Below are positions 39,401-52,020 of a stretch of DNA of 64,000 bases, piece by piece. This stretch comes from Paraspadella gotoi (taxonomy: Eukaryota > Animalia > Chaetognatha): assembly GCA_051294375.1 (NCBI GenBank), contig JBJCIZ010000744.1:1044262-1108261 (forward strand), in the 5' to 3' direction. Every line of letters begins with the position of its first letter. Positions within the stretch are counted from its first letter, which is position 1. The notes under the pieces are model-generated. The model saw only the letters and a program-made list of their open reading frames with translations. It had not been told where the DNA came from and did not search any database. The position numbers were made by a program, and so were the translations under genes.

Positions 39401-42400
39401 TTAAAAGTTAATTAAAGTTTATTAAAATATGAAAAGTTTGATCAGTAGACTTATAGAATTTTTCATAGTCTGTTTTTTTCGCTAATTCCTAACACAACAA
39501 AAAAGAAAGGATTATTACACACTGTGTAATACTGTGTAATACACAGTGATAAATATTATGTCTCGCCTAAGAATCTGTTTAGACTTTTTCCCTCGCTCTT
39601 TAAATGTCGAATTCTTAGTTATTTTTTGACCATCTTTTTATTTGACCCTACGCGTACAGTCAATATCTTTATGGTCTGTCTGTCTCTCCAAAATTGGGAG
39701 AGACTTCTAAGCAACCTTTAGTTTGTTTTCTTGACTGTCTGTAAATGGTAAGTCCCGTCCTCATTCCTCAACTTGAGTTTTATGTGACAATAAAGTGTTT
39801 GTAAACAATTTCTTCGTTTTCTACCCTCGTCAAACTTGCAAGGGGCGGGCGACGCCTTGTTCGCCAGATTTTGCTAGCGTGAAATCAAAGGAAATTTCAC
39901 ACACGGCGTAATTTAGTAATTTATTAATGATGTTCCGATGATTTAGGAGAAAAAATTAGGAGAATAATAACCTTTAGAAGAAACGAAATTTTCGTGGAAC
40001 AACAAAATAATTTTATTAAACATAAAATTTGACATGTTTCGGCTTTGTTCTTCAAGCCTTCATCAGCATTTGAAAAAAGACACAAAAATTTTTTTACCAA
40101 ACATTAGGTTGGTAGAGAGAGAGAGAGAGGAGAGAAAAAAGAGAGAGAAAGAAAGAAAGAAAGAATAGAGAAGACAAGAAAGAAGAAAGAGAGAAGAAGA
40201 GAGAGAGAGAGAGAGTTTCCAACAAAGAATTTAGGAAGGGATAGTGGTCAGATGTGAGAATAGGTGAAGAACAAAGCCGAAACATGTCCAAATTTTATGT
40301 TAATAAAATTATTTTGTTGTTCCACGAAAATTTCGTATCTTCTAATTTAACAAAACAAGAAAAAAGAAAGGATTAACACAAAGGAGAATAACCGAAAAGA
40401 GTTCGAGGGAGGACCGACGGACCGAGAAAGTGAAAGTCCCGCCGGGAAATGAACTTACCAGTGACGAACCATTCGTTGCCCGGTTCGACGGCGATAGAAC
40501 GGACCCAGCCCAGATGGCCCGAGATGACCCTCATGAGCTTCCAAGGGGCGTGCCATGTCGGCTTCGGTACCAGAGTCGTAGACTTCTTTTGGATGAGAGC
40601 CCGGGTTGCGGATGAAGGATCCGACGGTTTCGTCGAGGCTAAAAAGAAAATATCTTAATATTATCATTACAGTACCGGTCTTGGCTTTCATTCATAAGTC
40701 CAGGGAAGCTATATCATATTTCTATATAATGAAAAGGGAATGACTTGAATGCATGTGTGGATGGAACTCGGTATGGTCTATTCCCATTCTATATTTCAAA
40801 AAAAAATTTTGAAGTTTTGTTTTGACCATCATTTTTTTAAAAAAAATTAATTTGCATACTGTGCTCAAAATACTTGTACGATATAATTTTTTTCTCAAGT
40901 AAAAATTACTCTAACATTACTTGGTCAATGGGAAGTGTAACGCTGAACAAAAAAAATATATTTATTTTTAAATTTATGCATAGTTGCTAATTATAATATT
41001 AGCTTATATTATTTTTTATTATTAGTTTAAATTTTATTATAGAAATTAATAGTTGATTAATAGCAATTTTTATTCCTGTAATCAAATTATAATTTTTTTA
41101 TAATTAACTAAATAGTGATTTTTTAATATATACTACAAAATATGATTTTTGATAATAATATTTTTAAAAAAGTTTATGCCAAACTATTGGGGAAATGTTA
41201 CTGATTACAAATATATAAATTTTTTCAAATTTGGATAACCTTTAACGAAATACAGCCCAAAAAAGCCCTAAAAATGGTTAAAACACCTATTTTTAAAAAC
41301 CTTTCTAAAAACTGCAATAACAGAATTTTCAAACTCAAATTTGTAAGGTATGTTAGAATTGGTAGTATTTTATTGCCTGAAAAAATCAGAGAAAGTATAT
41401 AATTTTTACCTTAATTATACAGATTAATAGGAGACGTCCTAAGAAATTCAGTAATTTAAATTTTGCTGAGGTCGTCTAAGTTTTCTCGTATTTTTTTCTA
41501 ATCTCTTGTTTCTTTCTTCTTTTATTCCTCTCCCTTTTTTACTTCATTCTCTCTTCTCTTTAAAAATGAAGAAAAGTGTGAATTTTATCAAGGATATTGA
41601 TGCGCTTTCAAAAACGGAAGTGGCCGAGGAGGGCGATATAGTAGGATCAGTGATATCACTAATACAGAATATTTCATCTAATGTCGGCTTGTTTCGAAAT
41701 GAAACTTTGCAGAGTAGTGATCAAACAATAAGATTTTGTTAACATAAATATCTTTTATGTTAGTCATGTGATCACAGGGAATATACACGTAAAAAGAAAA
41801 AGTCATTGCAGCGCAACCATTATGTGGATTTAAACCCGAGACAGCTCATCCACAAGTATTTGCTCAGCTAATGTCGCCACTCTATAGAGAATGTTATTTG
41901 TTAGAACCTTTAATAACTTAAACGTTTTACTGTTTTAACTTTTGTTTTATCAAACAAATGATCAACTCTAATCATCAGTAAATAGCTGATTCATAAGTTT
42001 CATCTCCATCTAGCTTAGAATCCGATTTTAAAGATCACAAATAATTAAAAACTGACTTCAAATCTCAGCAGTTATTAATTAATTATTACTCTCCGTTATC
42101 ATCTTATTATTTTACTGAGTCTACTAATTGATTGATTGTTTGTCCACGAGATATTCAGATTTTTTGCTGGCAAAAGTACTATGAATACTATATGCTTTGA
42201 TTATTTTATTAAGGTCACATCTTATACATTAACCAAGCAAGTTGTTACATTGAACTTTACCTCAAAGCTTGATAAACTTTGCCTACGCCACGAGCGTCAA
42301 CGTAGCGCTTCTTCTTTCTTCTTTCTCTTTCTTTTTTCTTTCTATGACTATCGTCACTCTATCAAATTGTACACAATAAAAAAAAGAAATGGAAATGACT

Positions 42401-45400
42401 TTGAATGGAAAAACATAAGTCACATTTAGTTTAATCTTTTTACTAATTTTAACATATAATTACACAAATTAATCATAATTAGATGGATAGATTGAGATAA
42501 AATTTTGTGTTTGGTAGGAAAGTGTGTGATTGTGTTAAATATAAAGTTTCGATGGAATCGTGCAAGTGGAAAAGAGTTTAGTAGAAAAAACAAGTCATAT
42601 TTACCTAAACCTTTTTTAATTATTTATTAATTCAGAATTTCATAGATTAACTGATATAAAATTTTGTGTGTGGGTAAGAAAGTGAGTCATTAAGCTCGCT
42701 ATAAAGTTTTGATGGAATCGTGCAAGTAAAATGAGTTTTAATAGAACAAGAATGGTAATTCAAATGTGTTGTGCCGCAGTATCTGCCTTATCACATATAT
42801 TTTTTCGTGACATGACATGCATGATGTAATATGACATGATCTGATATAACATAACTTCATGAATACAATAACTTTCTTAACCCATATATTTAGGACCTGC
42901 ACTGCATCAAAATTCCATCTTTATTCCTTTTAGTTTTAGGATTTTCTGAAGGCGGCTCTGCAGTCTTTTAGATTTCAGGTTTTTTCTGTCTGAACAAATG
43001 AGCAACCAAGTGGGACAGACTGACAAACAGACATACGACTTACCAACGGACCGACCAACCGACAAGTGTCTTATAGAGCTGCTACTCGAGTACTCAGCGC
43101 AACTAAAAAACAAAAGTCACATTTACTGAATTTTATTAAAGTCTCTCTCTATCTCTCTCTTATTCTCTCTCACAGATAAAATTGAGGCGACTTTACTATC
43201 TAGGAAAAAAGTATATAACATAATTCATTTATTTAATAAAAAGTATACAAAACCTGGGTAAAACATTCTTAATATTTGGTATGCCCTTTCTTGCATCGAG
43301 TACTGCCTGCATTCATCTGGGCATGCTCTCATACAGCAAATTGAGGTATGACAGTGAAACATTTTTTTACTACTTTAACGCAATTATTTTCAGACCCGAT
43401 ATTGATGTGCATATCTTTCCCTATTTTCTAAAAAGTATAATAGCACTTTTTTGAACCAAAAAGAGGTGCAAATAAAATAAAAATAAATAACTAAATACCA
43501 AAAATGGAGGAAACTAAATAAGATTTTTTTTCCCATTTTTTATTTGAAGTAACAATATTATTGGCCTGTAACTTCTAAATGATTTGACCTACAAAAAAAA
43601 TGAAAGGAAGCTACTAAAAAGAAATTCAATGTAGATCCGGAAACATTCTAATTTTTTTAAATCATACAAAATTTAGAATAGTATCCTTTATTAAAAATGT
43701 TATATACTTTTTTCCTAGATAGTACTACCGGTCTCCTCACTAAATCCTCTCTCCTCTTTCTCTGAGCCGGTCAATCCACACGGTCACTTTGCCCTAGCTT
43801 TGCAATTACCTTAGATTGATCGGACAAAGCAATAGGGCCAAGGAGACCATAAGGTAAAGCCAGTGATGATAAAAGTGGATCAGGAGAGAGTTCTCTCACT
43901 CCTTTTAAACTTCTCTTACATCGTCACAATACTTCACCTACAAATATGGCTACTTGTTAAGTTGATCGACTGATTTTTTAATGATTTATTAAAAATATGT
44001 TATGATTTATAAAATAATGGTTAATCATGAAAAAATTATTTTTAAAATATGCAAGTTTCCGAATTAGGCAAGTTGACCAAATTATGACAGTTAACCAAAT
44101 TATGCCAGTTGACCATATTATGCAAATTAACTAAATTATGAATGTTGACCAAATTATGCCAGGTGACCAAATTATGCAAGTGACCAATAATGCAACTAGA
44201 CAAAATTATGCAGTTGCCTAAATAATGCCAGTTAACCAAATTATGCAAGTTGACTAAATTATGCAAATAAACTAAATTATGAAAGTTGACCAAATTTTTC
44301 AAGTAACCAAATTATTCAGTTGACTAAATTATTCTATTTGACCAAATTATGCCAGCCGATAAAAATGTATTCAGTTGACCAAATTATGCCAGTTGACGAG
44401 AGAAAGAGAGAGAAAGAGATGAAGGAAAGAAAGGGAGAGGTAATACAACATCGCAAGAAGAAAGAAACAAAGAGATAAAAAAAAAAACGACCTCAGCAAA
44501 ATTCAAAATTACCTGAATTTCTTAGGACGAATCCCTATTTAATCTGTATAGTTAAGTAAAAATTATTACTACGTCTCTGATTTTTTCAGGCCATAAAATA
44601 CTACCAATTCTAATATACATTACAAAATTTGAGTTGAAAATTCGTGTTATTGCAGTTTTTAGAAAGGTTTAAAAAATAGGTGTTTTTAACCATTTTTAGG
44701 GCTTTTGGGGCTGTATTTCGTTAAAGGGTTATCCAAATTTGAAAAAATTTATATATTTGTAATCAGTAACATTTTACCAATAGTTTGGCATAAACTTTTT
44801 TTAAAAAAAATATTATTTATCAAAAAAAACTATTTTGTAGTAATATATTAAAAATCACTATTTAGTTAATTATAAAAAAAATTATAATTTGATTACAGCA
44901 ATAAAATGCCTATCAATCAACTATTAATTTCTATAATAAAAAAGTTTAACTATAAATAAAAAATAATAATAAGCTAATTATTATAATTAGCAACTATGCA
45001 TAAATTAATAAATAATATTTTTTTTCAGCCTAACACTTTACCATTAGACCAAGTAATGTTAGAGTAATTTTTACTGAGAAAAAAAATTATATCGTTCAAG
45101 TATTTTGAGCACAGTATACAAAATAATTTTTTTAAAAAAATGATGGTCAAAACAAAACTTCAAAATTTTTTTTTGAAATATAGAATGGGGAATAGACCAT
45201 ACCCAGTTCCATCCCACACATGCATATCAAGTCATTCCATTCATTATTATAGAAGATATAGCTTCCCTGGACTTATGAAGGAAAGCCAAGACCGGTACTG
45301 TATGTTGAAACCGTTGTTTTTGTTATTCATAAAAAAGTAGAAAATAAAATTGACAAATAAAAATAACCCGACGGGTTCCAGTTGGCGAACCTAAAATTAT

Positions 45401-47512
45401 GCCCACAATACAAACAAAGAAATCGATTTTATACAAACTAAAAAAATTAATAACAAAGTAATAAAATACAATACAATACAAACAAAACAAGACGAAAACG
45501 AACCAATAACGGCGCCGCTTCCAGCGTCGACCCCCTCGACCTCTCGAGGTCCAGGCGCCGTCTCGTCGCCGTCCCAAGACAGCGCTAAACTTCCGGCGTC
45601 GGCGGCGCCTTTCCCTTCGATCGCCTTGTGCTGCTGCTGGACGCCGAAAGGCGGCGCCGCCGCGTCGCGGAGATTTTGCAGAAAGCTGAAGAAGAGAAAA
45701 GAGGGGAGAGGGTGATGGAGGAACGACATCATTCGGTGATGGAGGAACGAGATCATTCGGTGATGGAGGAACGACATCATTCGGTGATGGAGGAACGACA
45801 TCATTCGGTGATGGAGGAACGACATCATTCGGCGTTCATCACTTTTCTCTGTATTTTCACGTGACATTGAACAAATCTTCTTCACCCACTAAATTAATAA
45901 ATTTATATTCCCAAAAGCATCAGTTTACATTCACCATCGTTCTCTATATATATTTTCACGCGACATTCAGCAAATCTTCACCCCCATTCACTAAAAATCT
46001 TCACTAAAAATATATCAAATTTTTATTCACCAAATCACCTTTTTACATTCAGCATTATTCTCTATATTTGCATGTGACATTAGACAAATGTTCACCCACA
46101 GTCACTAAAATCCTCACTACGAATATATTAAATTTTTATTCCCCAAATCACCATTTTACATTCACTATCATTCCCAATATTTACTCATAACATTCAGCAA
46201 ATCTTCACCAACCTTCACAATAACCAAATCACCATGTAAAATCAATCGCCATCATGCTCCATATTTTAACATGACGTTAAGCAAATCTTCACCCATAGTC
46301 ACCAAAAATCCTCACAACATATACATCAAATTGTTATTCACCAAATCCTCACCCGTATTCGCTGGTGAATTTGCAGGATCTTTTGATTTTCTCGGCTTCT
46401 GCATCGAGCGGCACGGGATTCCCCACGTCTGAAAGAAATAGCACTACTAGTTATTAAAGTTTACAGGGAAGAACAGCTCTATTGGGACTAACTTCCAAGT
46501 GCTTACAGCACAAAAATGGTTTATAATAGGAGAAAAAATGGATTATATTTGGAAACTAATGACTAGAGTTCCCCAGCCTCAAAAAACCCCATACTAAGTT
46601 CCTCACTCGGTCCGGTTTCCCATTATTTCTTATCTTAAATTCATTTTAAAAAGCCTGTTTAAGCAAAAAATGTTGTTGCTAATAAACCCAATCGAGCGTC
46701 AAAGTAAACAAGTATTGATGCAAAAAAATATAGCGCAAAATGATAATAATTTTTAAAGAAAGAGGTTTAATATGCTTAAACATAATGATTTTTTACCAAT
46801 ATTAGTTAAAAAATACCAGTAGCTTCTTCTCCTATTTTTGTTTTATAAATTTAAAAAATATCTTGTTATTATGGGGCGTGGCCTTAACCGGAAGTAAGTT
46901 TTTAGCCTATAAGTGTTTTTATTGTTCCAATTTTAATGAAATTAATTTTAAATGTAACAAAAAGTTAGATTTTTATTATATTTATTATTCTGATAATCTA
47001 ACAAATTATTTTTTATCTTTTGTTTTTCAAGCAATGGGCAATGAGTTTTGGGCAAGCTTAGTCATATCCTCAATCAATTCAAAATTAAAGGTAATATTTT
47101 TTACTCAGGTAAAAAATTACTTTTATAGGCAATTTATGGAAATGCCAACAAAATTTTTTTCCTAACCTTTTTGCTAGATAAAGAGCAAATTGAACTGAAA
47201 TACAATATTAATTCTCAATGATTTTATAAAATTTAGTTTTTTCCTTGATCAAAAGACGAACTTAAATCTCCATCATTCTAATTTTTGTTCTTTAAAAAAT
47301 AAAAATTAAAAAGAATTGAAAATAATAATAATAATATTAATTCTACTAAGGTAATAATAATAATTAAAAAATTGGAAATAATAATTTAGGAGAAAAAACA
47401 ATTTATTTGTTTTTATCAACGAATTGTATTATTGGTAATACATGTTTCGACTCTTGAGTTTTAGAGTTTTCATCAGTTATGACAATCAATATTTTTACTC
47501 TTTAACATTAGT

Positions 47513-47544
<32 letters not shown>

Positions 47545-50185
47545 AGAAAAAGAGGGAGTTTCCAACAAAGAATTGAGCAAAGGACAGTGGTCAGATATGA
47601 GGACAGGTGAAGGTAAGATCAGGGGAAGAAGTTGGGTGAAATTTGAAATAAGGAGAGAGAGAGAGAGAGACAGGGTAAGAGAAAATCTTTACATTTTTTG
47701 TAATGTATAACAGTGATAGAGAAATAAAATAACAAACTTAATAGTTTTTTTCTCCTAAACTTCAAAACGCAACGAAATTGATAGTTTATACACAATGAAT
47801 AATAATTAAAAATAATGGGAATTAAGTTTAAATTGACATATCACTGAAGAAGCTGTCTTTATTAGAGTAGAGCTAGAGAGAGATAAGAGGTTTTTAACAA
47901 AGAACAGAGAATGGAGAGTGGATTGGGGATAAGTAGAGAAGAGACAGAGTTAAGGGAAGCAAAATAAGGTCAACCCTACTGAAGCAACTTAGTTCGTCTC
48001 TCCACGATCCGGGCATCCCTCAAAAAGAATACTTTGGATAGAGGAAGGGGAGTCCGTCACTCCTGTTGCAAAAGAAGCAATAACGGATGACTGCTCACCT
48101 TACTGTCAGGTCTTGACAGGTGCAGGCGGGCTCATGGGACATTTGAGTAGTATTAAGCATTGTCCCCAAAAGATTTATCCTGATCCAAACAGCATCAACT
48201 TGATATCACTGTCCGGCAGTTCAATATTTTTAACCAAAGATTTTGTTTTATTTTCGCTTGTTTACAAACAAATCAAATGCTTTTACTTCCCTGTTGGTCA
48301 TTTTAAACTGTAATAAACATTTTTAAATCCTCCTTTGTCGTCATTTTTAAAATCAATCAGAAAGTGAGGCAACTCAAACTATTCACAATTTGATAATTTC
48401 ATTTTCACCATTTTGGCTTTCAAAACTTTTACTTTATTTTCTTAGTTCTTTGTGACAACCATTATCTCTCTTTCTCTCTCTCTCTCTCTTGCAACCACAG
48501 AGTTGAAACATGTCTATTGAGGATTTTACCATAAAACGCCGTGAACGAGGTAGTATTTTCTGCTTTGCTATTTCTTTATAGAAATTTGAAGAAATATCAA
48601 TTTAGTAATATTTATTGTAGTAGATATAAAACGGGCGTGAGGTGTGAATCATGTAGCAGGTCTATTTCTCAACATAAAAAAGAGAAACTTATTAAAAAAT
48701 AGTCAACTTTAAACTTATATAAAATTTAAAAAATGTTATATAATTTTTATCTAACTGTCATGAATCATTGGTAATTTATCCTCACAGCTTTAGGTAAGTA
48801 CGTCTCTTTTATAACTTTGGGTTAAGAAACAGTGAAAAGGACTGACCAATTCCTAGAATCTACATTTAAAATACTTAATCCAGATACTTCCTAAGCGGAC
48901 AATTTACGAATTTAATAATAAAACAACCAAGAGTCTAATCTCGTAACAAATCAAAATTTAACCATGTTCCGTTTTTTTAAACAAAAAAATTGTTGTTTGT
49001 AAACATAAAAAACTTTGTTTTCTCTTAACTAATTAATTCTTATGTTATATCTTACACTTAATATCTATATATATATTATATATTATATTATATGTATTAT
49101 AATATATATATTATATATATGTATTATATATATTGTATATAATATATACTGTACTGTATCTCCCTACTCTCTGGTATTGTAGGCATAAGCTTTTCAAATG
49201 TTAAGTTTTAGTTTCTTTATTTGCCTTGGTCTAAAATTATACCTTTTTCTAGGAAAGGTTATTTTAATACTACTCCGGTTATTTTTCCTTTACCTCCGGT
49301 TATTTTTTACCTTACTTCGGTTTATACAGATGCCCTGTTTTAAAAATACTACTTTTTTAAAATAATTAAATTTAAGTTTTAAATCATTGGTAGCAAATTA
49401 TTTAATAAAAAATTAACAATAAGGAAAATAATTAGATTTTTTGAGAAAACAAAAAATTTAAACACGAGGATGCGCTAATTGACTTTGACGCTTCATTGGG
49501 TTGATACGCGGTCACATTTTTTTCCAGATTTGAGTTAAAACTTATTTAATATTGTTAAATAACGGGAAACCGAACCGAGTGAGAACTTGGGAGACAATTT
49601 TTTGATACTGGGGAGGTCTACTAATGACTGGAAAATCTTTCGGCAACTTCGGTAACATGTATATTTTTCGCGCCGGTTCTTGACAAAATTTTGCCGAAGT
49701 TTTGACGAAAATGATGGCGACTTCTGACCGCGTAATTTTTTTGACTGAAAATTCCCCCAATTAATGAAAATATAAGAGAGAAACAGGATGTCCCACGCAT
49801 CTCCTCCAGAACTCTCGACTTTCTGCGAGCGGCAAGAATAACAACATTCCCAACGGGCGCGGTCACAAAAGCATATGGTCATGGTTGCCCAAAGTGTATA
49901 TGAAATGTATTATCTTTACAATTCTTTACTAATTTGTGTACTAATTTTCATGCCATAATTTTTTTATTTACCTATTCAAACGAATTTTTTAATTTAGTCT
50001 CAAAAGAGCTGGACCTTCCTTTAATTAAATTATTGCCTATACTTGAGCCTTAACTTTAAGTTTTTACTGAAAATGAGAAATCGTGATCGTGATCGTGACT
50101 TACCCGATATGAACATGTCGTGAGTTCTTTTCAAAGATCGAAAGACGAGAGTGTGAACCGAATGTTTCTGAACTTCCTCCGTCAT
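26960..50185 (-). CDS. PLRG1: Pleiotropic regulator 1 / Prp46 WD40 splicing factor, 10 exons
   Basis: Exons 50185-50104, 46428-46353, 45685-45504, 40638-40459, 31478-31355, 30894-30764, 28887-28765, 28681-28493, 27964-27810, 27118-26960. N-terminus [25 protein letters not shown]; [51 protein letters not shown]; C-terminus [22 protein letters not shown]. Confidence 0.97.
27350..27679 (-). mobile_element. Diverged solo LTR, family A
   Basis: Reverse complement begins TGTAGTCGGG and ends GCGCCTTATCTACA; flanks ttaa/ttca. Confidence 0.75.
31083..31272 (-). mobile_element. Degenerate family A LTR remnant (other remnants ~15725-15850, 20545-20570, 6722-6735)
   Basis: Shares GGCGC.AATTGGGCTGAAG, GCGGCTTA, CCTCACGCTT and GTCATGA blocks with the reverse complement of the family A LTR. 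Confidence 0.6.
32506..33030. mobile_element. Interspersed repeat, second copy at 61692-62303
   Basis: Two highly similar copies from TAGGGGTAGCCGCA to CGGCTATGGCTA with imperfect terminal inversion. Confidence 0.8.
33491..34364 (+). mobile_element. Family A solo LTR interrupted by a hAT-like insertion
   Basis: LTR 5' part 33491-33702 and 3' part 34318-34364 (ends GCGCCTTATCCACA); flanked by TATTT on both sides. Confidence 0.8.
33703..34309. mobile_element. Non-autonomous hAT-like element
   Basis: 8-bp TSD CTGCCCAG at 33695-33702 and 34310-34317; imperfect TIRs TAAGGCGGG...CCGGCCTA. Confidence 0.75.
34464..35810 (+). CDS. XK-related multi-pass membrane protein, intronless CDS nested antisense in PLRG1 intron 4
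   Basis: 448-aa ORF in AT-rich DNA with several hydrophobic segments. [13 protein letters not shown] and [11 protein letters not shown] match XK-family motifs (D..TD...Y; ES.PQL..Q). A splice acceptor ttttacag sits just before the ATG. Confidence 0.7.
   Translation: MEKEILILIIGSVLNIIDIYTDIKTTFEYMTSAFWIFQRIGHIICLILIIHCVVSGTYGLSIIYKQKKYYRSFYKNWFTICTTSIFFVFGLGSIPISIDLYLEKNTNQKIKSSKSKLALLMNLFQCILESFPQLVVQTVGLIFSLTSATNNKHCFPSYLSSPNFQIRKPTCSDDIGSYKYHTRYFDSYRQNLSIISNDSITETDEPCFCKEVRSYIGHSEFACEWSLKDHYFQLLSITMSLIGLAKGSSAFKTSVDETISLNNVLLKFLEFFCVIQGLIGMSVSLYIIFSNSIKFNIWFTLMVPITVMRIFTQEEIFLLLKTIHLQTKQRYTDGFQITKSKISQILLIPLFNFFIYSLFYNIEMQAITSESVESINDIYSSPHTPYFWGLARLKNDNMPRLLFYYDIWKFFNMSYNYQDIGFIYAKFCHDSFVDRYQSSRFFWKCRKT
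35830..36026 (+). mobile_element. Solo LTR, family C (partial copies also at ~17900-18017 and ~7170-7203)
   Basis: TATGG...CTCTTCA, same tRNA-like core; flanks gtat/ctat. Confidence 0.8.
36186..36870 (+). mobile_element. Complete TRIM, family A, with tRNA-like module in each LTR
   Basis: Direct repeats 36186-36466 and 36587-36870 (TGTAG...CCACA). 120-bp non-coding interior with PBS TGGTGAGCCC at 36468 and purine tract GGGGGCA before the 3' LTR. TATA 4-bp TSD. Each LTR has A-box-like TGGCTCATTGAG and B-box GTTCAATCC (GATTCAATCC in the 5' LTR). Confidence 0.9.
37606..38826 (+). CDS. Uncharacterised multi-pass membrane protein, nested in PLRG1 intron 4
   Basis: 406 open codons in very AT-rich DNA, with about 6-7 hydrophobic segments. 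The start is uncertain (first ATG ~37696). There is a weak resemblance to XK motifs (LDFVLGFTY; [12 protein letters not shown]). Confidence 0.55.
   Translation: MVKSNYLPAFPNLVLKIGNYRLFSLTYINLMLLILLDFVLGFTYTCVFLFSQGVIYLYIDKLVAILAMGFIIYLNIIISVLRFNLRNIPTKMKEKISIANSQLQILKQYEHTLLNNELDPTLPNIITNSKINESLQLMFKETKASYNEFLKKKTLEMFWHEQQEFVFSKLIQQFLPVSLIALTFFTTKKNIIALNYLCRTIIYVGLILGILACQVFICLFNKYFYKDILQLVNEICTMELYTDNKMKMYELKIITWIFLKENEFVLEYLIASSMFFFFQQIFLSFKKELGKKCWKLLLLMEALGIYALITVILLKKSLITKTENISLINAVGYLSLGMMGLQELRYQSLLTIILQENSGFMSECKFAATNTYRISRIEYRHIFNEHYNESYFIQMVSRIIYCSWKK
40022..40075 (-). ncRNA. Minimal hammerhead motif, stem I degenerate
   Basis: Minus strand CTGATGA-AGGCTT.GAAGAACA.AAGCC-GAAA-CATG-TC; lies inside an inverted-repeat unit at 39976-40343. 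Confidence 0.6.
43196..43722 (-). mobile_element. Internally deleted Tc1 element nested in the long-TIR element
   Basis: TIRs CTATCTAGGAAAAAAGTATATAACAT with TA TSD. Minus-strand remnant [15 protein letters not shown].../GHTKY* (~43340-43270) is a typical Tc1 transposase C-terminus. Confidence 0.85.
44070..44397. repeat. 18-bp minisatellite (GTTGACCAAATTATGCCA)n
   Basis: Many degenerate tandem units are visible. Confidence 0.9.
47430..47492 (-). ncRNA. Minimal type I hammerhead ribozyme (Penelope-like element associated)
   Basis: Minus strand ATTGTCATAA-CTGATGA-AAACTCT.AAAACTCA.AGAGTC-GAAA-CATG-TA-TTACCAAT: conserved core, stem II ACTCT/AGAGT, palindromic ACATGT stem III, stem I TAA/TTA plus ATTG/CAAT. 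Confidence 0.75.
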
Positions 50186-51952
50186 CTTCTCCCCTTATGT
50201 CAGTCGCGCAGTTGAAAGATTTTTATCACAAGTTTTTTTATTGTTCACGAATTTAAGTTTTGGTTTGATCGATCCGTCGTTATCATATCGATATGAATTT
50301 TTTTGATATCTGATTTAAATTTGTTTTTTTTAAGCTCGAAATTCATGAGTTGAGAGGAGAGAGATCAGAGCACAAATCCTCTCTGTCTCTATCTCGCTCT
50401 CTATTTATTTCAAAATGATGCATACAAAGCGGACGATACAGAGAACCAAAACTCCCAAAACTTGTCATTAAACACTTTTTTTTTCAACAAAATAGAGAAG
50501 AACAATTGAACATTTTAATAATTAATTTAGTTTTAGAAACTTAAAAACTTAAGGACTAAGTACAATTACACAAATGGTCCTTTTTTTGAAAATGATACCC
50601 ACAAGCCAGTGATGATAAATGAAAAGACAAAAAATTGACTTCTTATATTTTTAAAACCAGATTAACTATAACAACCTCACCAAATTTAAAAAAAAAATGA
50701 CGTGTTTGGTACATATTAATAATAAACACCTTAAGATGTTAAAGGTTCTTTATTCAACTGGAAACGAATCGTGAGGGGACTGAGAGGTGGGACATTAATT
50801 TTAAAATGAAACACGAACGAAACTTCAGTTTTCAAAGGGATTCTACATTTTTTTGTTATGCAATTGAATGATACATTCAATGTTATTATATCTTTCTCAC
50901 TATCTATAAAGTTTTCTACGCGATGATTAAAAACTAAGGAAGATTCGTTTCGTTTCCGTAATAATAATTCGTAATTTTTTTTTTGTTCTAAAAAGTGAAT
51001 TTTTGCATGAATTTTTTTTTTTCGATTAATTATTATTTACAAACACAAACATTCGCTGTACAGAAACACGACGAGAGAGAATCGTTTTGGTGGCTGAGGA
51101 AAAAAAATTAACTTGTAACAATTAAAAAAAAAATTATATTTTTTGGTTAACAAATGAACAAATTGTAAAGAATCTCTCTCGTTGAAATCTTCGATGATTA
51201 ACATTCATACGAAATCAGTAAAAAAAAAATGTCTACGAGAAATAAAAGAAGAAACAGAGACTTAATTGTTTTCTTTTTTTATCGCTAAGTTTGGCTAAAA
51301 CAAAACAACAACAACGACAACAGGAAAAACAACTAGAACTCAAAGAGGAGAGAGAGAGAAAAAAAAACAGTACAGCTAAACAGTGAAACAGTGTCTCGTT
51401 TTTAAAAAAAACATATTCCAATGTAACTTAAAAAAAATACTACGACTAAAGAGGAAAAAAAAACACCCGCGTTTCTTAAATTGTTTTTTTTTCGTTTTAA
51501 TTTTTTGTTTTGTTAAGTGTTTTTTTTTTCTTTTCTTTTGTAGGAAAAAAAAGAGAGAAAAGAAAAGAAAGAAAAGAAAGAAAAGAGAAAAAGAGAAAAG
51601 AAAGGAAGGGAGAAATAAAAAGGGCGGAGATGGACGATCGACCAACCTTGGTCTATCGTTCTCTCTCCTCTTCCTTTTCTCTCTCCCTCTTTTTCACACT
51701 CTCTCTCTCTCTCTCTGTCCCTTCCCTTTTCCCGCGAAATCTAATCGTTACACTACAACGGAAAAACGGCTAGAGAGGAAAACCGAGTCTTAATAATAAT
51801 ATAGTAATAATAATAATAAAAGGTAGACTGCGTGAAAAGGATAATGATTATTTCGATGATTTTTTTAAATGTACAGAAGGAGACGAGGGGGGGGGTATTC
51901 GTCTCGGTTTAAAGAGGGGAAAAAGCGGAGCTGACCAACCTTGGTGAACTCC

Positions 51953-52020
<68 letters not shown>

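Larger units (their letters stand above)
40670..45300. mobile_element. 4.6-kb Tc1/mariner-type element with ~800-bp TIRs filling PLRG1 intron 3
   Basis: 40670-~41476 is the reverse complement of ~44489-45300; ends CAGTACCGG...CCGGTACTG flanked by TA. No intact transposase. Confidence 0.85.
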
